A stretch of DNA of 39,539 bases from Halocafeteria seosinensis (taxonomy: Eukaryota). Shown here piece after piece: positions 1 to 9,678 of this stretch (position 1 is the first letter of the stretch; each line of letters opens with the position of its first letter). A program made the position numbers and the translations under genes. The DNA is taken from the NCBI GenBank assembly GCA_001687465.1, contig LVLI01000654.1:1-39539 (forward strand), in the 5' to 3' direction. The notes under the pieces were generated by a model. The model saw nothing but the letters and a program-made list of their open reading frames with translations, had not been told where the DNA came from and made no database searches.

Positions 1-196
1 ATTGTGATCTTGAGGGACACACCCACCGCTGCCTTGTTCTGTGGGCCAAAACACGTCGTCATACGCTAAAATTGCATTCTCTTTTCTCTTAAACTCTTCT
101 GAACTCTCATCACTCCCGAGGCCTCCATGCGAACCACCTCGCGACGACTGACTTGCCGGAGCACCGGGACCAGAACAGAATGCGTAGCCGTTTCCT
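1..196. repeat. Intragenic repeat copy B
   Basis: 1-146 is identical to 1586-1731 (offset 1585); 147-196 is still clearly similar to 1732-1781. Confidence 0.95.
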
Positions 197-2459
197 CGGC
201 CCAGTCTGCGTGCAGACTCAGATTATACCTCGAGCTTGCGTGTCTGTAGTTCCGTGGATCCAAAAATTTCCAACGTCGAACTATTCAACATCCTCATCGT
301 ACCATTGATGGTCAGATTTGAATTTCGACCACTCGACATATACGCCCCATCGAACAGTCGCAATTCTGATATAAACACTTCCGACACACTATTAATTTCC
401 AGTTTGGCCTGTTCCAGTAGAGTAGCACTGTTAGCATCAAAGTCAACCTTCGCTTCGCCATTGAAATTCATCTCCGCGTCCCCATCTAACAGCAATGACG
501 TCACCGAGAATCGTGACAACTCACACTCTCGGTTCACATTTAACTTGCCTCCCCAGCCTAGACTAAGTCGTTCTAAGCCTAACCAGTCTCCTTGTAAAGT
601 CACAGACACCGATTGAATGGTCACATGGGGCGGAGTAACGAGTTGTCCATGGGCCGCCACATCTATGCCCACACTCGTCATTGCCAAACCGACGTCATCC
701 ATATAGTACGCCCCAATACTGAGTCGGGTAAACATGGAAGCCGTCTCCTTAAATAATCGCGTGTACATGTATCCTCGACTTAATGCCGTTGCATCAGGAG
801 AAGGTACCGGTTCCGTCGGTTCAATGGACGACGTACTTAGCATGCCAATTTGATCTTCCGGGATTCTCCAAGCTCCACTCTGATCTCCATTGAGTCGCCC
901 AATCGAGAAAATGGTCTTGTTGATGGGCTTCTCGGGTAGCATCCATTGCAACGAACCACGCCGAAGAAGTCGCACATCGTCAATATGAAGACTGTCAGCT
1001 TTATTCACAATGATTGCATCCACTGGGGATGACAATTCATTTTCACCGTTGTCAATTACTAATGTTTTACGCCCATGATTACCGCATATACGAAAGAAGG
1101 TGCCCGGACCCGACCGACGCTTTGTTGCCTGGGCCGACGAACCAGCATTTCCAGCGAGATTTCCTCCATGAGCTTCAACATGTACATTAGTTAATCCGTC
1201 TTCACTCTCACCCAATGTATCCAACACTTGCTCACAAAAGATCCCAATTCGTCCACCTCCACCTCCGAATCCAGCACTCCGATCATCTTGGGATCCATCT
1301 CCGCCATTCGCCTTAAGAGTACCCGGAGCTATTTTCCATCGAACCGTTTCCAACAGTAAACCACCTCCGGAGCCTCCGCCACCTCTGCAAGCATTGTCAA
1401 TATTGTAAAACAAATGCGGTAATTAAGAGAACCAGACAAGTTATACTACAAACGAAGATCAACACGTACCCATCATCACGCCATCCAGGAACGGGGGCAT
1501 CGTCTCCACTGACATCAATTGTCCCATAAGTTTCGAGCATATCCGTTACTTTCAAATGGAGATAGGCACCACCAGCTCCAGCGCCATTGTGATCTTGAGG
1601 GACACACCCACCGCTGCCTTGTTCTGTGGGCCAAAACACGTCGTCATACGCTAAAATTGCATTCTCTTTTCTCTTAAACTCTTCTGAACTCTCATCACTC
1701 CCGAGGCCTCCATGCGAACCACCTCGCGACGTGTGACTTCTCGGAGCACCGGGACCAGAACAGAACGAGTGGCCATTTCCTTTTCCGCTTACTAGAGCGC
1801 CCTCTGCTACGAAAAGCCGACCACAGGTAATCTTTGTTGTTTCATGGATGTTTAATGTTGTTGACTGGAGGAGTTGGAGGGATTGTGTGAGTGTGATGTT
1901 TGCATGGGTTGATTGTTGTAGTGTTGTGGTATCGGAGAGTCGTATGGCTGTGGCGTTAACTTGTGCTCGAGGGCCAGCCCGGACCTCGGTTTTTCCAAAT
2001 GCTGCAAGTGAGAAGACGCCTGAAATGCTGCCGGTAATGTTGATGCGCTTTGTCCCGACTGTAGTGCTTCCTTCTCCTTGGTGCAATGTATCGATTGTAA
2101 GCTGCAAGAATCCAAAACGGAGGGTAACGTTTGACGGACCTGCAAGATAGTGGGTCTCGTTCAGTTGTCATGGATTCGATGCAGCATACTTTGAACCTAA
2201 GCTTCTTACCATCGACTAGAATGGATCCACTAATTGAAGCTTGCTTAACCGAAAGAGTTGATGCCTGGCTTCCTTCAGAATCGATCAAGAGACATGCTCC
2301 TTCGCCCACCGTCAAACGATCCAATGAGACAGGAAGGTTCAGCAGTTGTACGCGGCAAGTCTCTGACGCAGTGACATTGATGGAGCTTTCACTGTCCTTA
2401 CAGTCTTTCAGCGCGGCTGCGGAATGGGAAACGTTGGCCAATAGAACCAGCAGCCCCAT
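1..2459 (-). CDS. Large Gly-rich repeat, probably secreted or surface protein (GGSHGG / P..GSGG / GGGGSGG / GGGGGRI modules); 3' part runs off the window; in-frame TAA at 223-225
   Basis: Three ORFs join through GT-AG introns 2140-2209 and 1385-1469 with frame kept. Signal-peptide-like MGLLVLLANVSHSAAA follows the ATG at 2459 (in-frame upstream ATGs at 2570 and 2639 are alternatives). A second copy of the Gly-rich module continues in the same frame after the TAA. Confidence 0.75.
1586..1781. repeat. Intragenic repeat copy A (encodes GNGHSFCSGPGAP...YDDVFWPTEQGSGGCVPQDH)
   Basis: Direct comparison with 1-196. Confidence 0.95.
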
Positions 2460-3632
2460 ACTCCAACTGGCTCGCAGACGCTCCTTTCCCAAGGCTTTTT
2501 TATTCCCCTGGATAGTCCCTTGCGACGAGCCCCAACCGACAGGTCGAGGTGTTTCTGACGCTTTTCGCATACTGATGGGATAATAATCGAGACTAACCAG
2601 GAAGAATAGCGCTTTGCTGGGGAAAGTTTCAAAGTACATGACGTTAATCGAAGTTCGGGCTTCAATTTACCTTAAGGAGGGTCAATCTACCTGAAGGAAA
2701 TCATCCACTCCCCTCGCGATCGCAAACGACGAACAGGATGCCTGGTCACAAAGTTGCCAAAGAAGTCGATCAATACTAGTATCCAACTATTTTGTCAAGT
2801 GTTGACAGGAAGGTAAGATTGGTATCGTGGAACTGTAGGTATGACGTTTGTTCGTCAAGGAATCTTGGAAGAGTGCAATGCTTTGCACCAATGCTCAGTT
2901 CTTCTGACAAGAACGCCAGTACACACGTGTTCGCTTCAAAAGTGGTTTTAGGACTTAAAGGCTGTGCTGATAACCAAAACAACACTGTGCCATATTGGCT
3001 TTCTAGCGCTGCAAAGCCGCGGGGATTCGGGACAAAGTATTCCGGGATGCTCCTGCCGAAGGGAACAAAGTTAGGTTCAAGAACTTCAAGTGGTACCACA
3101 AGTACCAAGTGAACTTCACATTGCCAGAAAAGTTGGCGCGCCAGAAATTGCTGGCAAGTTCGCCACGTAGCGTAGAAGGCGCCAAAATTTAACAGTACTT
3201 TTTTCGCTACTCTCTTATTCGTTTAGTTTCATTGAAAAAGCTACCCGATTCCCCTGTTTTCAGTGCGTTTCGTGAGCGTGTTCACCACCAATATCATACG
3301 CAAAATGGACAGAGAGGTCGCTCGGTTTTCCCATCTGCTGGCGTGGCTTCAACTTGACCCGAGTCGGAAAACTCTCCGCTGCCTCATAATTCAGTCAATT
3401 GCAGTTTGCACGCAACCTCTGAATTCAGGGTAGAAAAAAGAATCATAAAACTGGCCGCAGCGCCAAGATTGCCTCAGGTTATGGCAACAATGAGAAAGAA
3501 GCGTTCTTGTACAAAAGATACTTGTTTCGGAAAGTACCGGTACACATACAGCTACTAAGGTGACCCCGAACACGCTCGAGTTCGATTAGAACTTGGAAGC
3601 AGCATTGCAGCCTGCGTAAGTGCGTCAGTCTG

Positions 3633-3852
3633 GTCCCAAAAACGTTCCGGCGAATTGGCCCGGCAAATTGCCCCATCCGCGGCAATTCGGCCCGACCCGC
3701 AGGGTGTTGAATTTGCGGATGGAATGTATATTATAGGCCTACGGGCAAATAGGGCAACAAAAGAAACAACAGCTACAATGAGGAGTCTGCGGATACGGCC
3801 CGACCGCGGATGACTCCGCCGATGTTGCCCTGCGGACTGGGGCGCGTGGGAC
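3633..3852. other. GC-rich multi-hairpin non-coding island (ncRNA or non-autonomous transposon end)
   Basis: Inverted pairs GTCCCA/TGGGAC (3633-38/3847-52), CCATCCGC/GCGGATGG (3673-80/3715-22), AGGGCAACA/TGTTGCCCT (3751-59/3823-31), GGAGTC/GACTCC (3782-87/3812-17); CGGCCCGACC occurs twice. Confidence 0.45.
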
Positions 3853-3889
3853 AAAAAGTTGGCTGGGACACGAGATGAGAGCATATCAG

Positions 3890-3915
3890 ATATATTAGTG
3901 CTATATATTAGTGCT
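3890..3915. repeat. Perfect 13-bp tandem duplication ATATATTAGTGCT x2
   Basis: 3890-3902 equals 3903-3915. Confidence 0.9.
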
Positions 3916-4492
3916 ACTGTCTAATAAGTACCAATATAAGTTACTACACGCTATCTGCGTAACCTCTATTGATATTTGGCGTACAACTTCTACTCCACTG
4001 CATCATAGCCGGCCCTTGTAGCAATCTCAACCAGACGGAGCAGTGATCACACACTGGTCACTGAGTGACACTGACATTGTGAAGAAAGCGCGGATACCTT
4101 TAAAGGAACGTAGAACTTGAGGCGAACCAGTTGCTTAAAGATATTCACATAGACAACGTTGAAACCTCGGCTTTCCTGGGCTTTGTCGATGCTCCTTTCA
4201 TCATCGATGAATCACCGTAAACTACGTCAGAAACTGAGAGAATCGAAGTCGCTAGCAGGAGTTGCAACCTGCAAGTCTATGGCAATTGCAAAACGTCTAC
4301 TATGGCTCTTTCTATGCCATCTTGATGGCGGTGGAGTACCTGAGGCGCAGCTATTGGCTTCCCTCCTAAAAGCGCATGGGAATTCCCTTCAGTTCCGGTA
4401 CACCGTGGTAAGGGACGGTGCTGGCTAAAAATACCGGTAGGTTCGAGAGCTACAAAAGCTCGTATATCCCAAAAAATAGACATGATAGTGCG

Positions 4493-4767
4493 AAAAAAAA
4501 AAATTCTCATCACTGTCTGTCCCAAAAATGTGGGCATGGGAGTGGGATGCGGTTTTGGCAAGAACCTTGATCTCACCCTTCGGGTTCACCAAGGGACTTG
4601 CTTGGGCGAAGGGGCGGCTTGCTTAGGAAATACCCAAGCAATCAAGTTGCCGCCTTCTGTCCCCCTTCGCCGAAGGGCCTTCGGTTGCGGGTGGCGGATT
4701 TTAGTGTCCTTGATCCCTTGGAGGGGTCTACGTTTGAAGTTCCTCTCGATCCGCGGATTCAACACCC
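4493..4767. other. Second GC-rich hairpin-rich non-coding island next to an A11 run
   Basis: Nested stems at 4558-4601 and 4605-4671, inverted pair at 4670-4684, A run at 4493-4503. Confidence 0.4.
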
Positions 4768-4890
4768 CCCTTCCGAGTCCATTGTCAGTAATTTTAGATT
4801 TGTTTCCAAGTGACCTCAGTTGGTTGATCTGAAACAAAAACAATTTGCCGTCGTATACAGCAGGAATAAAGCAAACATATTGCGTATACA

Positions 4891-5957
4891 ATGAGTGAGA
4901 GTGAAACTCCTGCCTCTTACAGGCAGCAGGGGAACGATCGATTCGTTCATAAAGACTATCGAGGGGCCATTGACCTCTATACTAAGGTATGTGGTGCCTC
5001 GGTGCCGTTCCCATGGACACAGGCTTCACTGTGGGTGCGATTTGGCAGGGAATTGAGGCCGAGGAAGAGGAAAAACACTTGATATACAGCAATCGAAGTG
5101 CCTCCAAATTGGCCTTAAAAGATGCTCGAGGCGCATTACAAGATGCCGATGATTGCATAAAGTTAAGCCCCAATTACGTCAAGGGTAAGTATCCCCTTTG
5201 TATGAGCAGAAAACCAGCGAAGAGTTAGAACCCGAGTGATCGTGTTTCAGGTCATCTTCGTCGAGGAATGGCCTTGCTGGAATTGGAACGCTTCCACGAA
5301 GCTGTGGATGCGTTACGGCGAGCCAAACATCTCAAACCAGAGTCTGAATACATCGGACAGCAGCTCAGTGCAGCCAAGAAGAAAGCGCACAAGAAAGACG
5401 AAGAGTCTCCGCCGGAAACAATTGAGCAATTTCGAGCTGCGTTTGATGTAGTGGATGATATTCCGCGATTACGATTGGCCACAATGTCTGATTTCTGGAA
5501 CCTTTGCTCTTATGGAACAAGATATAAAGTCTTTAAAGAGTTTTTGAATAAAATTCAAGAATCGAATGAGAAATTTGCAAAGGACGATAGTACTTCTACG
5601 GCGGACGCAATCCAGAAGACTCTACAGCTGTACGAGCCAGATGATATGATGGATTTCCCCATGTCTAACTATTCCGACGTTCACATACCAATTTCATGGG
5701 AAGATTGGTTCGATGATCTAGATTCGGATACCCAAGTAAAAGTTCTTTCCGTTTGCTGGGACGTGTGCAGCTCACACGAACAACATCTCGTCATTCAGGA
5801 TCTTCGAAGCTTCTTTGACCCGTCTGATAAAGAAGCGGCGCAACAGCGGCATGCAGAAGCATTAGCTACCTCACAAATGATGCTCCAATTTAGAGATCAG
5901 GTGCGTGTTGCTACAGAAAGAACGAATGAAAAATTGGGAGGCTCCAATTCCAAATAA
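4891..5957 (+). CDS. TPR-repeat protein (STI1/SGT-like N-terminal TPRs plus unknown C-terminal domain), ~312 aa
   Basis: Introns 4987-5048 and 5185-5250 join three exons in frame. TPR motifs QQGNDRF..DYRGAIDLYTKGI, YSNRSA, ALQDADDCIKLSPNYVKGHLRRGMAL. Confidence 0.88.
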
Positions 5958-5991
5958 TGGAATAGCAACTCCGTGATACGCCCTACCGGTC

Positions 5992-8916
5992 TTACAACCA
6001 CGGCTCCACTCCGTTCCAATCAACACTGCAAGCCGGCCACCTCGTTCTCAGGACCAAATTTAATGGAGGAACATCCAAGTCGGCCCCAACAGCCGTGGTC
6101 TTCTCTGCTCTCGCTAGCTCCTCGGATGGTGATAGCGTAAATTTGATCGGTTCATCCTGTCTAGCCAGCCCATCCCAATAGTGAAGCTCTAACGGGACGA
6201 CGTTGTTTGGTTCGTGTTCACAAGCATCCTTATCACACACCACATTTGCTTTGATCAAGGCCCTGGGTGGGGAAAATACAGTTGTGTAGTGACTTTCAGA
6301 ACAGATTATCCATATCGGGTAGCGCGGACGCTTCAAGTAATTTCCTACGTGGACGTGATCGTAGTGCTCAAATAACGTTAAAAATCCAATGTCACCTCGG
6401 CTTTGTATACCATGCATTACCACTTGCTCTTCTAGATTTTCAGAAGACCCTAATCTACGTTCACCGTCAAAAACGTTGGAAGAAGCACATCCAGTCAAAA
6501 GCAGGTTGACGAGCTCCTGAGTAGCGTAGTTGTGCGATCCAATCAGTGTCGCCGAGCTGCCCAAACCAAAATCCATATCACCAAGGACGCCTCTGCTCTT
6601 GCTACTGCTAGAAGAACCTGCCGCTTTTCGAAGAAGAGGATGATTAAATGAATTGGCTGTCTCTGGCGGTATGCCAATACCTCTAGATAGTACTGCACTG
6701 ACGACCAAGCACGCAAGTCCGGGTGCTTTAGGGTCGAAAAATAGGCCTTGATTTTTGTCAACTATTTCCATACAATGTTCTTTCGATTTAATCTCAAAGA
6801 GTTTCAGACGTTCAGTAAACTGGTCTGGTGTGTACTGTACTTTGGAAGTTTTAGAGGAATTCCCTTCAGGATTCTCTTGGGTGACAGCCGGAAGCACTTG
6901 CCCTCCATCTCCTTTGCAAGCGTCATGATACTTCGATGGCAAAGCTAGGAGAGGAGAAGCATCTTTCTCACCTCGAGAACTCGCTGCGATCGATAACATT
7001 TCCCATATTGCATTTTTCAGAGCCTCCACTTTAAGATCCGTAGGAGGATCCCTCCACTCTTCATTCGTTTCAGATAATGTTTTTATCCGATCGCACAGTT
7101 CCGAGTAATACAGCTGCTTCACTGTGTGAGCTTGGATGGCTGCTAGTGCTCCACAAGGGCCACCAGCAGATTGCACAAGTCCCCACCCACATTTGGGGGT
7201 CTCTGTGAACTGTAGTCCGTGCCGCATCCAGGACTTGCTAAAAGTTTTCAAAGGTGGAGCAGATGACTTCTTTCCTGTGGCATGGTCTACGGTAGGCACT
7301 CCAAAGAGTAGTTCTCTAAGCGCAGAGGCTAGTGACAAGTTGATACCAACTGCTTCATGGTCCATTTCTTCCGTAAGCACGTACTTATGCGGCTGACCAA
7401 TCCTTTCTGTGCTGCTGGTAACATTACCTGCATCTGAGATACCATGCAGTACGTGCCCCCGTGATACTTCCACATTATCCAGTTCCGCTTCTTCTTCTTC
7501 TTCGAAATCTTCCAGCACATCAGTTACTTCAGTCGAATTATTCCCTGCGACAGGACGAGTGCTTGTATGTGCATCTTGCCGTACAAAAGCTGAGGATCCA
7601 GTGCTACTTTGAGACCAAACAGTTTCGTTATGCTTTGGTTCTTGCGAAGATGTACTATCGGTTACTGAGTTCCGTGGAGTAAACTGGTCATTGCTTTCAC
7701 CTGCTTCGTCTATCACCAATTCCCCTTGATTTTCGGAACCCTTACCAGCGGGTTGTGGAGCGATTTGCTTGGTATCACCGGGCATGTTTTCGAGGAAAGC
7801 ATTGTTCGCCGACCGCTCCATATTTGACCTCTCTCTCCTGTGATCGGGCTCCCGAGCTGTTTCATAGGGGCGCATATCACTCGTAGATTGACCCTCTTCT
7901 ATTAGTATCTCTGTCTCGTGGGATTTGTGCAAATCTGCATGCTCTCTATTGCCGGTCACACTATCCTGCGTTGCATAATTAGCACTAGTTTTCAATAAAT
8001 TATCCCAAACAGAAGCTTCTTTGCTCCTGGTCGGGGGTTTGACAGAACGTGAGGTGCTAGGCTGTGTCCGATGGCCACCCAAAGCCTCCGACAACGTGTC
8101 GCGATTTGATTCATCCGTCAATGTCGAATCGAGTGATCCTGTCTGCCGCTTAGATTGTTCAGCCGTATGCTCTTTACGTGCTGCCTCAGCATCACGGTTC
8201 TCTTGTAGCGGCGAAGAGGAGTGTTTGGTAAGCTCCTTGTACTTGCGATAGCACTCTTTCTTCGTGCGGTTAGCTAGTTCATCTGCAACTTTCTGAAACC
8301 TTTCGTCTTTGCTTTGAATGGATTTGTCTTTCTTGTATTTTTTCACCAATCGTTTCAGAGTTTTCACTTCGTCCTCGCTCCATTCTTCGTCACGATGAAG
8401 CTTCTTCCTGCCTCGAGTTTCTCCAGTCTCATGGGGATGTGTCTCGCTCGTGAGAGTGCTTGTCGTAATGACTGAGGCTGCTATCGTTGACACAGGTGCT
8501 GTTTCAGACAATGAGGACGACGATGGGGTTTCCTCCAGCAACGACGTCAAATTTTCTAGAGCTGATGCCGCTTCCGAGACGCTTTCTCCAGCGGCATTCG
8601 TACCAGTCGATGTGTCTGTACTCGCCAAAGGCCCCGGTGCTGGTGGAGCCCTCTTAGTATGGAGCTTGAATGGTTTGGGCTTAACGCTCTCCACTAAATG
8701 TTCGAGTTGACGTCCTTTTCCCATGTTGCTGATGCTCGGCACCGTCCAATCAGGGTATTTTCGGCTCCATTCCTCTAAGAATGTGTCCATTACCGAGGTA
8801 TCAGCGTGGGAATGCAACATCTGAGCAATAAGGCATCCCATGAACTCATCGCGCTCTTGCGTGGAAGACACTTTGAGTTTTTTATGGGACCCTCCTCCTT
8901 TATCCTCAGCAGACAT
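5992..8916 (-). CDS. MINDY-3/4 (FAM188)-type deubiquitinase with internal Myb/SANT domain, ~974 aa, intronless
   Basis: Catalytic region GLVQSAGGPCGALAAIQA, QELVNLLLTG.ASSNVFD, IGFLTLFE, LKRPRYPIWIICSESHYT, YWDGLARQD. Likely start MSAED at 8916. Confidence 0.9.
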   Translation of the reverse strand: MSAEDKGGGSHKKLKVSSTQERDEFMGCLIAQMLHSHADTSVMDTFLEEWSRKYPDWTVPSISNMGKGRQLEHLVESVKPKPFKLHTKRAPPAPGPLASTDTSTGTNAAGESVSEAASALENLTSLLEETPSSSSLSETAPVSTIAASVITTSTLTSETHPHETGETRGRKKLHRDEEWSEDEVKTLKRLVKKYKKDKSIQSKDERFQKVADELANRTKKECYRKYKELTKHSSSPLQENRDAEAARKEHTAEQSKRQTGSLDSTLTDESNRDTLSEALGGHRTQPSTSRSVKPPTRSKEASVWDNLLKTSANYATQDSVTGNREHADLHKSHETEILIEEGQSTSDMRPYETAREPDHRRERSNMERSANNAFLENMPGDTKQIAPQPAGKGSENQGELVIDEAGESNDQFTPRNSVTDSTSSQEPKHNETVWSQSSTGSSAFVRQDAHTSTRPVAGNNSTEVTDVLEDFEEEEEAELDNVEVSRGHVLHGISDAGNVTSSTERIGQPHKYVLTEEMDHEAVGINLSLASALRELLFGVPTVDHATGKKSSAPPLKTFSKSWMRHGLQFTETPKCGWGLVQSAGGPCGALAAIQAHTVKQLYYSELCDRIKTLSETNEEWRDPPTDLKVEALKNAIWEMLSIAASSRGEKDASPLLALPSKYHDACKGDGGQVLPAVTQENPEGNSSKTSKVQYTPDQFTERLKLFEIKSKEHCMEIVDKNQGLFFDPKAPGLACLVVSAVLSRGIGIPPETANSFNHPLLRKAAGSSSSSKSRGVLGDMDFGLGSSATLIGSHNYATQELVNLLLTGCASSNVFDGERRLGSSENLEEQVVMHGIQSRGDIGFLTLFEHYDHVHVGNYLKRPRYPIWIICSESHYTTVFSPPRALIKANVVCDKDACEHEPNNVVPLELHYWDGLARQDEPIKFTLSPSEELARAEKTTAVGADLDVPPLNLVLRTRWPACSVDWNGVEPWL

Positions 8917-9678
8917 TTTTGGGATGTATGTACGTATGTGTGTGTGTGTGTTCAGTTCTGCATTGACAACGACACACGTTGTCCATGACAATGGACTGGA
9001 GGCAGTGTATGTGTAGCAAGGCAGGTCGCCAGTGGCCACTCGCGTGCGACATTCACTGACAGCTTCAAATTACATACCCCTCAGAAACGGATACCACGAA
9101 AACTCTGTGGACAGTGCGGGGAAAAGTTTGAAATGCGAACAGCTTCATACATCACTCTACGTGCATCGTTCCGTAAATTATACCTTGTTTAACTCATAAC
9201 CATGAATACGTGACCAAAAGATATCATGGGGTACACTATATTCAGAGTAGTGTGGTGAGAACTTTGCGTTCTCAGCTATTGACATTGAGGGTGCGATAGA
9301 GTAAATCTTGTTCGGCGGGAAGACAAGATTCGAAAGCTCATCAAGCCATACTCCTTCGCAACATGCTCCTGCCACTATCTTGTCTGGCGTGAAGCAAATT
9401 GGCGAGGCTTCGTTGAATTTAACAGTACCCACTCAGTTGCAAGCATATGCATCGAGAAATCTTCTGGACACGTATTGACATGGGCCAGGTTAGATGAGAT
9501 TGAAAAACTTTCCTAAAGTTGCCCTGACGACATATACCTAGAACGGGATCCTGAGCCTCGGGTCGAATGAAGATGGGACTCGTATTTTGTGGCCATAGAA
9601 GCTCAAGAACGATAGACGTTTCCAAGAAGATAGTAAAGACACCATTCCACACAACATGCTCTTCTTTGAATAAGCAAG

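Noticed and set aside
223..225. TAA reassigned to an amino acid (ciliate-type code)
   Set aside because: Several genes end in TAA and the 9.9-kb ATM exon has no in-frame stops.
2792..3112. KVRLVSWNCR resembles the start of a LINE/EEP endonuclease
   Set aside because: I found no following LQET motif or reverse transcriptase remnant; probably chance.
3130..3187. Two E2F-like sites (TTGGCGCG; GGCGCCAAAA)
   Set aside because: Short motifs, with no adjacent cell-cycle gene start.
4057..4069. Palindrome GTCACT-G-AGTGAC
   Set aside because: 6-bp arms are expected by chance in 40 kb.
8936..8951. (GT)n microsatellite; also (TAGC)n at ~34666 and (GAG)n at ~35205
   Set aside because: Ordinary simple repeats; the last encodes poly-Glu in COG8.
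9178..9660. Short ORFs between MINDY and RAD51C
   Set aside because: No recognisable motif or convincing splice model on either strand.
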